This document shows, piece by piece, positions 1 to 9,440 of a stretch of 64,000 nucleotides of DNA (the first letter of the stretch is position 1; every line of letters begins with the position of its first letter). The notes under the pieces were generated by a model that did no database searches, was not told where the DNA came from, and saw only the letters and a list, made by a program, of their open reading frames with translations. A program made the position numbers and the translations under genes. Source of the DNA: a bacterium (GTDB lineage: Bacteria; Krumholzibacteriota; Krumholzibacteriia; JACNKJ01); the NCBI GenBank assembly GCA_024231955.1, contig JAAEPZ010000538.1, forward strand, positions 766,551 through 830,550. The letters run 5' to 3'.

Positions 1-1
1 G

Positions 2-1237
2 GCCTGTTGCGGTCGCGATTGCCGTTTGCAGCAGGCGAAGATTCTCCGCAGTCGCGCCTTCATGGAGTCGAAACAGGATCTGTGGGACGAGGCCCTGGCC
101 TCCTGCAATGCCGCGCTGCTCCTTTCGGAGGCCTATCCCCGGGAGGTCCTCGCCATCGAGCATACGATGGGCACCATCAGCATGACGCGTGGCGATCTCA
201 CCGAGGCCCGCCGCATTTTCGAGGAGATTGTCTCTCGGGCCGATGATGAGCGGGAGCAGTATCTCCGCACCGCGGCTCTGGCCAATCTGGGCACTGTGCT
301 CTGGCGGCAGGGGGAGAGCGATGAGGCTGCGCGCTGTCTGGAGGAGAGCCTGACAATCCGCAGGCAATTGGGCCTGGTGATCGAGTATGCGCAGATACTG
401 ACGAATCTGGCCATTATCCGCATGCGCTCCGGCCGTCTTGATGATGCGCGTGAATTGTTGACGGAGGCGACCGAACTCAAAGAGCGGATCGGGGATGTGG
501 TCGGCATTGCCTCCGTCGAGATCTCGCTGGGGAACCTGGAGGCCCGCAGCGGCCGTTTCAGGCAGGCGTTGACCCATTTCGAAAAAGCGGCGAGGCTCCA
601 CTTCAAGGGGGGCAACAGGGCGCGTGCGGCCGTGGCGCTTCATAATTGCGGGGAGGCGCTACTGGAGATGGGCAAGCCGGAGGAGGCCGTGGAGCCGCTT
701 ACCCTTGCCCGGGAGATTCGTGAAGACCTCAATCTGCGCAGCGCTCTGGCCTCAACCCTGCGCACGCTGGCCCGTCTGGAATCGGCCAGGGGGAGTGTCG
801 ACAAGGCGGGGGCTCTGTTCGGCGAGGCAGCCGGGATCGCGCGGAGCGAGGGCAGTGTCGAGGATCTGATCAAGGTCGAGATCGACAGGATGAACTTCAT
901 TCTGCAATCCGACAGGCCGACGCGAGGTGCGGAGGTTCAGGCGATCCTGGATACGCTCGGCACCGAGTGCAGCGTCTGGCCGCCCCCCGTGTTCAAATTC
1001 GATATCGACCTGGTTGCCGCCGGGATCGCCCGCGCCGGAGGGCAGGTCGATGACGCCTGGAAGATTCTGATCGGACTGCTGGACAGGAACCCGCAGGACA
1101 AGGATCCCTATCGACGGGCGCGAATACTGCAGGTGATTTTGACTTCACCCTGGCCCGATTCGTATGCAGAGCGACTCACTGTCCGGCAGGCCGAATTCGA
1201 ATCCCTGGTCGCCGAAAAGGGATACGACTGCCTGTGA
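2..1237 (+). CDS. TPR-repeat protein, C-terminal part (5'-truncated by window edge); MalT/STAND-like TPR array
   Basis: Frame open from window start; repeated TPR motifs (ALANLGTVLWRQGESDEAARCLEESL, LTNLAII, ISLGNLE, LHNCGEALLEMG). Confidence 0.8.
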   Translation, partial: ACCGRDCRLQQAKILRSRAFMESKQDLWDEALASCNAALLLSEAYPREVLAIEHTMGTISMTRGDLTEARRIFEEIVSRADDEREQYLRTAALANLGTVLWRQGESDEAARCLEESLTIRRQLGLVIEYAQILTNLAIIRMRSGRLDDARELLTEATELKERIGDVVGIASVEISLGNLEARSGRFRQALTHFEKAARLHFKGGNRARAAVALHNCGEALLEMGKPEEAVEPLTLAREIREDLNLRSALASTLRTLARLESARGSVDKAGALFGEAAGIARSEGSVEDLIKVEIDRMNFILQSDRPTRGAEVQAILDTLGTECSVWPPPVFKFDIDLVAAGIARAGGQVDDAWKILIGLLDRNPQDKDPYRRARILQVILTSPWPDSYAERLTVRQAEFESLVAEKGYDCL

Positions 1238-1244
1238 TGAAAAA

Positions 1245-1270
1245 GCCACCGCAGGCTGGGCTGCGGCGGC
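1245..1270. terminator. Hairpin between convergent genes
   Basis: GCCACCGCAG-gctggg-CTGCGGCGGC, preceded by an A-run (T-tract on the minus strand). Confidence 0.45.
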
Positions 1271-1296
1271 TATGATGATCTTCCTCTTCCGTCCCC

Positions 1297-3006
1297 CTAT
1301 TTGAGAAGGACGAGTTTGGCCCTGTCCGAGCCGGAGGGTCCCGCCAGCCGCAACAGGTACAGACCGCTGGGCAGGTTGTGGCCGTTGTCGTCCCGCCCGC
1401 TCCACGTCAGTTGGAAATCGCCTGCGGCCTGATAGCCGTCGCGCAGTCGGCGCACCTCGCGCCCGGTGAGATCGAAAATCTCGAGAGCGATTCGACCCGC
1501 AGCCGGATGACGCACGGAGATCGTCGTCGTCGGGTTGAATGGGTTGGGGTGGATGTTGAGAAGCGGGGTTGCCGCGGGGACGGGATTTTCGGCGATGCCG
1601 GTCGGATTGAAGGTGAGGTCACCCTCGAAGAAGTAGTCGTCCAGCCAGCCCTGCATCTGTGCGCGTGAACCTGTTTTTTGCATATACACACCGGTGGATA
1701 TCCGCAGACGCCTGAAATCGGGACTGCTGTAGGGGTCCTCGAAACAGAAGTACTGATAGCCACGTTCGTCGGTGACGCGAAATTCAATGGCTGGGGGCAT
1801 GCTGCTCTGACTCACCTGGGCCCGGAGTGGCGCAGCGGCCGGGATACCGTCATGGGTCTGATCGAATATGCAGTCGCCGGCGATACAGATCTGACAGCGG
1901 ATCGCGATGCAGTCCGGCAGATTCGGGTCGGACAGCAGGCTCATCCTGATCAGATCATTCCGACCGGAGAGTTCGAGAGCGGTGATTCCGGCATTGTCTC
2001 CCGGCACCTGCGCGTCCGCCGCGAAGCCAATGCGCCAGTTCGGAGTATCACCCACGGGGCCGACGTTGAGATCCCAACTGGTCGCGTCGGTCGCGTTGCC
2101 GGACGAAGAGAAGACCATGGCATTGGCGGCGGGAGACCAGTCGAGGATCTCGTCCACAGACGCATTGACGAGGGAGAAATCATCGGAGCCATGGATGAAG
2201 TTGATCATGTGATCGCCCTCAAGCCCCAGCCAGGTCGTGGTCGCCCGGAGCCATTCTCCGCGCAGTGCGGGGTCGCCTATGGCCTCCGGCATCGCACTCT
2301 GGAAGTGGATCGCCTTGGGATAGTAGGTGTCGGTCGACACATGGCCACTCTGCCCGCCTGCGCCAGACGAACCCATGATGAAGCTGTAGGCATTCGGCAT
2401 GGGGAAAAGGTGGTCGCTCAGCATGTTCGTAAAGTCGGGCAAAGTATCGAAACTCAGGTTCGTCGGGGGGAGCGGCTCGAAGAAGAAGCAGTTCAGCGGG
2501 AGGAGGACATTGGTTTCATTGTCCAGCTGGTAATCCTCAACCGAAAGCACTTGATGTATGAAATTCTCGACTTCGGGATCGGACCCATTCAGTGAGTTGA
2601 GAATCCCCTGCCCCAGCAGCACGACCTTGCCGCCGAGGGCGAGATAGTCGCGCAACAGATTGCGCTCATCGAGCGAGAGGCTGTGCTCATCCTCGGCGGC
2701 GCAGTTCCAGATGATCAACGGGTACTGACTCAAGTCGGCCAGGGTCGGCAATTGGAGATCATCGGGTGTGGTCTGGATCTCGTAATAGTCGTACTCGATA
2801 CCCGCCGCGAGAAGGGCGTCTTCGATCCACATCTCGTAGCCTGGATCCTCAATGTAGCTCCGCCCGCGCTGGATCGGGTCCCAGTCATCATCAAAGAAAC
2901 ACAGTTTGGAGGAGACAGCGGCGCTTGTCGGTGAGGTTAACATGATCACAAGTGCGATAGCCAACAGCTGCGGCAATGCAAATCGGATGCGGCATAGACG
3001 ATACAT
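1297..3006 (-). CDS. Secreted protein with C-terminal FlgD-Ig / T9SS-like sorting domain
   Basis: Hydrophobic signal peptide (LLAIALVIMLTSPTSA); C-terminus HPNPFNPTTTI...IFDLTGREVRRL...WSGRDDNG...SGLYLLRL...KLVLLK. Confidence 0.8.
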   Translation of the reverse strand: MYRLCRIRFALPQLLAIALVIMLTSPTSAAVSSKLCFFDDDWDPIQRGRSYIEDPGYEMWIEDALLAAGIEYDYYEIQTTPDDLQLPTLADLSQYPLIIWNCAAEDEHSLSLDERNLLRDYLALGGKVVLLGQGILNSLNGSDPEVENFIHQVLSVEDYQLDNETNVLLPLNCFFFEPLPPTNLSFDTLPDFTNMLSDHLFPMPNAYSFIMGSSGAGGQSGHVSTDTYYPKAIHFQSAMPEAIGDPALRGEWLRATTTWLGLEGDHMINFIHGSDDFSLVNASVDEILDWSPAANAMVFSSSGNATDATSWDLNVGPVGDTPNWRIGFAADAQVPGDNAGITALELSGRNDLIRMSLLSDPNLPDCIAIRCQICIAGDCIFDQTHDGIPAAAPLRAQVSQSSMPPAIEFRVTDERGYQYFCFEDPYSSPDFRRLRISTGVYMQKTGSRAQMQGWLDDYFFEGDLTFNPTGIAENPVPAATPLLNIHPNPFNPTTTISVRHPAAGRIALEIFDLTGREVRRLRDGYQAAGDFQLTWSGRDDNGHNLPSGLYLLRLAGPSGSDRAKLVLLK

Positions 3007-3180
3007 GATATGTCCTCGATATCTGCAAGTTGGTGAACTATATGTAATTATATCATCTCCGAAATATGGGGTCAATGTCCCTGCTTGCGATGACCACGCT
3101 GAGATTGTAGAGTCTACCTGTTGGACCAGCAGGCTGCTGAAACGATACGACCCGATTTCAAGATATGAGGATGTAGAAAC

Positions 3181-5250
3181 GTGCGTGAGAATTTGATCGA
3201 CAAAGTGGAGATTCCCGAAGTCAGCGAACCCGAAGAGGGCATCACGGGGAAGTTCAAGGTTCTATTGTTCATCATCAGTAGCGTTTTGGCCCTGGTCATG
3301 CGGCTGCTCTATCTGATTCCCCTCAGGGGGAAGACCCTGTTTGATGTGCCGATGCGCGATTCCATCGTGTATGTGGACAAGGCCAGGGAGATTCTGGACA
3401 CCAGTTTCTGGGGGAGTGGCGTCAGTTTTCACAGTTCACCCCTCTATCCCTATTTCCTGGCGCTGATGATGGGTGAGGGTGATGAACCGGGTTTGTGGGT
3501 AGTGCGGGTGATTCAGGCGGTGCTCTCGGCTCTGACCGTCGGCTTTCTGGCTCTGATCGGCACGCGTCTTTTCGGCCGAGGTGCGGGTATCGCGACGGCG
3601 ATCCTGGCCATCTTCTATGCGCCGTTTCTCTTTTACAGTGGTGAACTGCTGGAGATCACCCTGACGCTCTTCTGCCTTGTGATTGCGGTCTGGCTGGGCA
3701 CGGACGAGAAACCCGATCCGAAAAAACTCCTGGGGATCGGGTTATTCCTTGGACTTGCAGCTGTCGGCAAACCGAACCTTCTGCTGCTGACGCCGGTTTT
3801 CCTGATCGGTATCGGCTTCCTCCGGCCCCTCGGACAACCGCAAGCCTGGCCCTGGAAACGGGGACTTATACTGGTCCTGGGTGTGGTTCTGGCGATAGCG
3901 CCATTCACCCTGAGGAATCGCATTGTGGGTGGCGACTGGGTACTGATCAGCAGCAACGGCGGCATCAACTTCTTCATCGGCAACAATCCCAACGCCAGCG
4001 GGGGCTTCTGGGTGCCGTCGAGCATGCAGCAGGATCTGGAGAACTCCAGCCGTCTGTTCCCCGAGAAGGTTTACGAGCGTGAGATGAAGCCGTCCGAGGC
4101 CAGCAGATTCTGGGCCGAACGCGCTTTTCACTATTACAGAACCCAACCGGGTGACGCAGCCAGGAAGAATCTGCGCAAGCTGGGGTTGTTGCTGGGCAGT
4201 TATGAGATCCCCAACCACTACAGCATCTACTTCTTCAAGGCGAATTACTCGCCTCTGTTGAGGGTGCCGCTGGTTTGGTATTCGATGGTGCTCCCGTTCG
4301 CCATGCTCGGGTTGGTTTTCGGCATGCGCCGCAAGGGCGCGGTCAGGGTCGCGGGTTGGAGCCTGATTGTTGCCGCGGCCAGTGTTGTGCTCTTCTTCGT
4401 CACCAGCCGGTACCGTCTGCCCATGTTGATCTGGATGCTCCCCTTCGCCGGCGCCGGGATCATGATCCTGCTGCGAATCCTGCAGCGACGTCGGTGGCGG
4501 TTGCTGCCGTTACCCGCGATCATTATCGTGGCCAGTCTGGTGATCCTCAACCTGCCGCTTGTGGCCCACAAGGATTTCCATGACGACTGGATCACCCTCG
4601 GCACCTATTGGGCCGGGCAGGAGAATTGGGAGAAATCGGCTCAGTACAATTCCCAGGCCCTCCGTGAAAAGAATATGAATTCGGCCGTCGCCTGGCAGAA
4701 TCTGGGCTACGCCTACTTCCGCCTGTCCCGGGACGAAAATGATCTCGACATGGCTGAGGAGTGCTTGTGGAAGGCGATCAAACTCGACCAGACCTTCGGC
4801 TATGCCTATGGGAACCTGGCCAATTTCTACTATGCCATGAACCGCATCGAGATCGCCAAGAAGTGCCTGGAGCGGGCATTCCTCCTGGATCCCAGTCTCC
4901 AGATCAAGATGAAGACCCTGCACAGCTACATCGGACCGAGAATGGCCACGTTGAATGAGCGCAACGAGTCCTTCATGAAGCGTCTGGAGGATAGTCTTGC
5001 CGACGATCCGGGCAACCTCGATCTCCACATCGACAAGGCTCACGCTCTGGCCATGCAGCTGAATCGGCTGGATGATGCTCTTGCCGTTCTGGATGCCCTG
5101 CCGTCCGATGTGGTGCAGAGGTTCCCCACTATCATTGAGCGGGAGAAAAAACTGAAGGAGCGGATCGCCAGGTCGAAAAAGTATCTGCCGATCCTGGACA
5201 CGCCGTTGCCTGCGCCCGCTCTGGCTAATCCTCGGACTCAGCAGCCTTGA
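3181..5250 (+). CDS. GT-C fold (ArnT/PMT-like) membrane glycosyltransferase with C-terminal TPRs
   Basis: Many TM helices; SPLYPYFLA, NGGINFFIGNNP and RYRLP motifs; TPRs AWQNLGYAY and AYGNLANFY. Confidence 0.8.
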   Translation: MRENLIDKVEIPEVSEPEEGITGKFKVLLFIISSVLALVMRLLYLIPLRGKTLFDVPMRDSIVYVDKAREILDTSFWGSGVSFHSSPLYPYFLALMMGEGDEPGLWVVRVIQAVLSALTVGFLALIGTRLFGRGAGIATAILAIFYAPFLFYSGELLEITLTLFCLVIAVWLGTDEKPDPKKLLGIGLFLGLAAVGKPNLLLLTPVFLIGIGFLRPLGQPQAWPWKRGLILVLGVVLAIAPFTLRNRIVGGDWVLISSNGGINFFIGNNPNASGGFWVPSSMQQDLENSSRLFPEKVYEREMKPSEASRFWAERAFHYYRTQPGDAARKNLRKLGLLLGSYEIPNHYSIYFFKANYSPLLRVPLVWYSMVLPFAMLGLVFGMRRKGAVRVAGWSLIVAAASVVLFFVTSRYRLPMLIWMLPFAGAGIMILLRILQRRRWRLLPLPAIIIVASLVILNLPLVAHKDFHDDWITLGTYWAGQENWEKSAQYNSQALREKNMNSAVAWQNLGYAYFRLSRDENDLDMAEECLWKAIKLDQTFGYAYGNLANFYYAMNRIEIAKKCLERAFLLDPSLQIKMKTLHSYIGPRMATLNERNESFMKRLEDSLADDPGNLDLHIDKAHALAMQLNRLDDALAVLDALPSDVVQRFPTIIEREKKLKERIARSKKYLPILDTPLPAPALANPRTQQP

Positions 5251-5764
5251 TCGATTCGAACGTGTAGAAAGTACAGCCGGGTTGTCGCCAGGTCTCACGC
5301 GGCAGCCCGGCTTTTTGGCAGAGTTCGGCGAGATATTCCTCAAGATCCCATCCCCACTCGGTCGCCACCTCCGGCAGGAACAGCCCGCGCTGGCTCCCCC
5401 TCTCTATTATCAGGCCATGTTTCCCGATCTCAACCGCGGAGAGATCCTCGATCAGCTCGGGCGGAGTCAGAATGCTCAGGCTGATGTGGACACCCGGGAG
5501 TTCATCCGCCGTCAGGGGGGGGAAGCGGGGATCATTGATGGCGGCGCTCAGGGTCAGGTCGCGGAGCGTCCTGTCGAGGGATGGTTGCCGCTCCACGGTG
5601 CCGATGCAACCACGCAGCCGACGATTGATCCGCAGGGTGACGAAGAGGCCGTCAATGGGCAGATCTTCGTCGGCGGTCAACCCGGGTCCGCCGATCTCCC
5701 AGTCCTCCCCGGCCAACCATTGTTCCAGAGTCCATCTGGCCAGTCCGGGCAACTTCGTCAACAT
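5225..5764 (-). CDS. amrA: AmmeMemoRadiSam system protein A (AMMECR1 domain); start uncertain
   Basis: GLFVTL...LRGCIG, DPRFPPL, GKHGLII, GLFLPEVA, LCQKAGL motifs. Confidence 0.9.
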   Translation of the reverse strand: MLTKLPGLARWTLEQWLAGEDWEIGGPGLTADEDLPIDGLFVTLRINRRLRGCIGTVERQPSLDRTLRDLTLSAAINDPRFPPLTADELPGVHISLSILTPPELIEDLSAVEIGKHGLIIERGSQRGLFLPEVATEWGWDLEEYLAELCQKAGLPRETWRQPGCTFYTFESIKAAESED

Positions 5765-6215
5765 TGTCGAATCCAAATTATACCTCCAGGGCCGGGAATT
5801 CACCGACAGGCTAGCATGAGTTGCACTTCGGGTCACCGTAGAATCGGGTCATTCTGGATGGCCTGGACCACGGACAGGAATCCTGAAGACCTGATTCGGC
5901 TCATATGGGGTCAAATCCCCCTGTGCGTGTGAATCTGCGGGGCGTGGAGTTGAGGTGCGCTGTATCCCGCTGCCCCCTGGAGCGGCCTGCCGTGTTTCAT
6001 CGCGATTTCGGACGCTGAGTGAAATGCCCCACTGTAATCGGAATATACCCCAGCCTCTCAAAATATCTCGGATTCGGCAGGTTTTTCAATCGCTGCAATT
6101 CGCGTAATGAAATGACGCAAAGGATAGTAATCAAAGAAGATGGCCCGGTTTCGGGCATCTTGCGTTGCCGCCTGCAACCAACTTGGTGCCGCCATGGGGG
6201 GAGGACATGGCCCAG

Positions 6216-6230
6216 GGTCTCAAGAGTGCT
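6216..6230 (+). promoter_or_regulatory. Putative sigma54 -24/-12 promoter for the small ORF
   Basis: GG-tctcaagagt-GCT (GG-N10-GC) followed by ATA, as in the 14931 promoter; imperfect palindrome GCGTAA-tgaaa-TGACGC at 6102-6118 upstream. Confidence 0.4.
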
Positions 6231-6241
6231 ATAGAGGCGGT

Positions 6242-6473
6242 GAACTCAATCCGAAGGAGCGGTTATGTTGAAGAGCTTGACACTTGCGCTGATGGTTTCC
6301 CTGGTCTCTTTTTATGGTTTTGGCCCCCTGTCGACTTTGCTCAAAGCCGATATGCAGGCTCAGTTGAATACCGTCGTTGAAGTTTCCAATGATACTGGTG
6401 ATCCGAGTGGGATTGGCACCGATGGTACTCTGAAGCCTTAATTCCTCAACATACTCCTCCTTTGGTTGAGTTT
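6242..6473. repeat. ~30-nt imperfect inverted repeat flanking the small ORF (arms 6242-6271 and 6446-6473)
   Basis: GAACTCAA-T-CCGAAGGAG-CGGT-TATGTTGA pairs with TCAACATA-CTC-CTCCTTTGG-TTGAGTTT (25 pairs, 2 of them G-U). Confidence 0.85.
6265..6441 (+). CDS. 58-aa small secreted peptide precursor (not in ORF track): MLKSLTLALMVSLVSFYGFGPLSTLLKADMQAQLNTVVEVSNDTGDPSGIGTDGTLKP
   Basis: RBS AAGGAG 5 nt before ATG; signal-peptide-like N-terminus; polar Gly/Asp/Pro tail; followed by a terminator. Confidence 0.7.
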   Translation: MLKSLTLALMVSLVSFYGFGPLSTLLKADMQAQLNTVVEVSNDTGDPSGIGTDGTLKP

Positions 6474-6494
6474 CTCCTTAATTCCCTTCCGGTG

Positions 6495-6528
6495 CGGACC
6501 CCGTCTTGACGGGGTCCGTTCTTCTTAT
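6495..6528 (+). terminator. Intrinsic terminator after the small ORF
   Basis: CGGACCCCGTC-tt-GACGGGGTCCG followed by TTCTTCTTAT. Confidence 0.75.
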
Positions 6529-6584
6529 CTAGTATGTCCTGGAAGTCATTTCAGGATGTTGTGATGGGAGGCAATTCCGGATGA

Positions 6585-9440
6585 GTGTCCATGTCCGCCA
6601 GTAGCCCTTTTCCCGTTCGTCTGACGCAGATCGCCGAGGGCGCCACCGCGCGTGTTTTCGAATCCCGTGACCATCTGGGGCTGCCGGTCGCACTCAAGGT
6701 CGCCAGGGCCTCTCGCGATAACCGGACGCTGAAGCGCGAGGCGGAGATGGCGGCCCTTCTGCGGCATCCCGCCCTGTTGCGCATCCTGACGCAGGGGCAG
6801 GGTGATGATGGCCTGGCCTGGCTGATCATGCCCCTCCTCCCAGGCCGCACACTTGCGGACTGGACGGGTGCCGACAGCGAGCTGCTCGACCATCTAGCGC
6901 CTGTGGCCGATGCCCTCGACCTGCTGCATCATCTGGGTTGGGGACATGCCGACCTCAAACCCGAAAATCTGCTGCTGGCCACCGATACCTCCCGTTACCC
7001 ACTGTTGCTCGGCGATCTCGGCCTGGTGTCACGGTTGAACGCACGTGCCGGAGGTGGGAGCCCTGCCTATCTGTCCCCGCGTCGTCTCGCGGATGCACCG
7101 CTGACCTGGCGGGACGATCTCCATAGTTTCGCCGTTCTCACGTTCGAAAAACTGGCGGGGGTTCTGCCCTACAACCACGATACGGGTGATGCCCTGCTGG
7201 CCGATATCCGTCAGGGGGGACTCCGGGACCTCTCCCGTTTCCGTCCTGAACTGTCGACCGAACTCGGGCGCTTCTTCACTGCCACCCTTCTGGGCGATCA
7301 TGGCGCGACCAGCGTGATGACCTGGCTGGATGAGCTGCGCTCCCACTTCGGTCAGACGCCCGCGCCCCGCTGTCTTTTCGGTCGCGAGATACCGGAGGAG
7401 ATCCTCCATGGTTCCGATCTCCAGAGGGCGTTGACCTCCGCCCTCTATTCAGTCTCACAGACATCCGTTCAGCCGGGTCACGAGGAGTTGATCGTGATCG
7501 AGGAGTTGGCCGGCGCCGCGCCGACCCATCTGCGGATCTGTATCGAGTTCCTGCTGTCCAATCAGTGGTTGCGGGATGATGTGGGGTGGGGGCGTTTCCG
7601 TGAACCACCAGCAGTCTGGCGGTCGGAGTTGGAGCTGTTGCTGAGAGGGGGGGGCGACTGCGCCGTCACCGACCTCTCGGATCGACTGGAGGAGCTGGGT
7701 CTGAAGCCGACTGACTGTGATGAGGTATGGACTCAGGTCTGGAATGACAATTCCGAGCGGCTTGACCGACGTCTGCAGCTTGTCGGCGTAGCGCTTTCCG
7801 CAGAGCGTTTCGACTGGTTGCTCGCCTTGCCGGGCGATCATTTCTTCGTTATTGCCGATCGTGGTCCCCGGGAGACGCAGTTGGAGGTGATTAGCCAGGC
7901 GGCGATGGGGGATATCCCGTCCGAGGTGAATGCCCGCATCCGAATCTGGGAGGTCATTCGGCAGATCAGGGAGGATAATCTGGTTGCCGCCCGGACCGAG
8001 TTCTGGGCGATAGAGGAGCATCTGGATCTGGAGAGCAGCGGTGAGCTGAGCCGACTTCTGACCTATCAATTACTGGATGCAGGTCGTGTTGAGGAGGGGT
8101 TCGCGTTTCTCAGTCGCTGGCGGGAGGGGAGGAGCGCTCAACTCGCCGGGACTGAACTGGAGATACGGTTGGCCGCGAGAGAGATTACGGCTTATGCGCA
8201 ATACGGGGATGTTGAGACTGCAAGAGCGCGCGCGAAAACCTATGGGGACGCTTATGCAGGCCGCAGAGGTGAGTGGTTCTTATATATGGCTCTAGCCAAT
8301 ATTGCTACAGAGCAACGTGATATTGCTGAGTCATTAGCGCATACAAAACATGCTCTTGCTGGAGTTCAACGGGATAAGGGTGATCAGCGTATCATGATCC
8401 ATTTAATGCTCTTTCTTGCCTCGGGGTACACCTTGTGGGGGCGACAAGAGTATATGGACAGTGTTCCTGAGCTGATTGACAACGCGTTCAGTTATGCGAA
8501 TGACCTGGGTGATTCATGGTTAATATTGGAATGCCTGTCAACCAAGGGCCTTTGGGAAATGAATCATGGTAGCTTCCGAAGCTCTGAAGAATATTTTCTA
8601 CAGACGGTGAAGTTGGCGAAAGATAGCGGGCAACTCAATCGATCACCATACTATCTTTCCAATTTGGCTTTATCTGTTTTTTACCAAGGTGATTACTCCC
8701 GTATTATCTCTCTCAGTGACCAAATTCGTGATAGTCTGATTGAAGAGCAAACCCTTAAGAGCGTGCTGTCTTCCAAGGAAGTGTTATGCTTGTTCTCAAT
8801 TGCATTTGGAGATCTCCTTGATGCGGATGTAATGATTGAAGAGGCAATGCTTGCTGCCACCTCATCCAGTTCTGAACAAGCTCAAGCGAGCTTTCTATTG
8901 TTGCGTGCTATGATTGCCAGTTATCGGCTTCAGAATACAGATGCACAAAGAGATATTCTGGCATCCAAAAAGATCCATGAGGAGGCTGGGGCCAGCAGTG
9001 ATGTAATGTATTGCAGGATGATGAATTATGAATTGCAACCTGTTGATTGCCAGGATGTTGATAAGATTATCGAAGTAATTGAATTCTTCACGGCTATTGA
9101 ACGTCGTCTTCACCTTCCCCACGCCTGGCGTCTGTTGGCGCGGCATCTCAGATCGACCGGTGATCTTGAGGGTGCCGCTCAAGCTCTGACCAATGGATTT
9201 GATGTTGCCGGGGAGATGGGTAATCCTGAGGAGATCTGGCCGCTGCATGTCGAATCCTCACACCTCGCCCTGGCCGGCGACAGCAGGGGGGCGGCGCGGA
9301 CGGAACTGACTGCGGCGGCTCAGATCCTGCGCGATCTGTCCCTGCACTTCCCCGAGGGTGCAGCCCGTGATCAGTTCCTGTCTCGACGGGACAGGGCGGA
9401 TGTTCTCCAGAGACTGCAGGCACTTGGGAGGGTTGAATGA
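6585..9440 (+). CDS. Ser/Thr protein kinase-like domain + degenerate STAND-like middle + TPR-like helical repeats
   Basis: VALK, HADLKPEN, GDLG, GSPAYLSP motifs; C-terminal TPR-like repeats (YLSNLALSVFYQG; AWRLLARHLRSTGDLEGA). Confidence 0.8.
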   Translation: MSMSASSPFPVRLTQIAEGATARVFESRDHLGLPVALKVARASRDNRTLKREAEMAALLRHPALLRILTQGQGDDGLAWLIMPLLPGRTLADWTGADSELLDHLAPVADALDLLHHLGWGHADLKPENLLLATDTSRYPLLLGDLGLVSRLNARAGGGSPAYLSPRRLADAPLTWRDDLHSFAVLTFEKLAGVLPYNHDTGDALLADIRQGGLRDLSRFRPELSTELGRFFTATLLGDHGATSVMTWLDELRSHFGQTPAPRCLFGREIPEEILHGSDLQRALTSALYSVSQTSVQPGHEELIVIEELAGAAPTHLRICIEFLLSNQWLRDDVGWGRFREPPAVWRSELELLLRGGGDCAVTDLSDRLEELGLKPTDCDEVWTQVWNDNSERLDRRLQLVGVALSAERFDWLLALPGDHFFVIADRGPRETQLEVISQAAMGDIPSEVNARIRIWEVIRQIREDNLVAARTEFWAIEEHLDLESSGELSRLLTYQLLDAGRVEEGFAFLSRWREGRSAQLAGTELEIRLAAREITAYAQYGDVETARARAKTYGDAYAGRRGEWFLYMALANIATEQRDIAESLAHTKHALAGVQRDKGDQRIMIHLMLFLASGYTLWGRQEYMDSVPELIDNAFSYANDLGDSWLILECLSTKGLWEMNHGSFRSSEEYFLQTVKLAKDSGQLNRSPYYLSNLALSVFYQGDYSRIISLSDQIRDSLIEEQTLKSVLSSKEVLCLFSIAFGDLLDADVMIEEAMLAATSSSSEQAQASFLLLRAMIASYRLQNTDAQRDILASKKIHEEAGASSDVMYCRMMNYELQPVDCQDVDKIIEVIEFFTAIERRLHLPHAWRLLARHLRSTGDLEGAAQALTNGFDVAGEMGNPEEIWPLHVESSHLALAGDSRGAARTELTAAAQILRDLSLHFPEGAARDQFLSRRDRADVLQRLQALGRVE

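Noticed and set aside
6165..6380. 71-aa ORF from the track
   Set aside because: The overlapping frame at 6265-6441 has the better RBS, a signal peptide and a terminator
6242..6473. 6S RNA
   Set aside because: Longer than typical, internal pairing is weak by eye and it contains a plausible ORF; an Rfam scan would settle it
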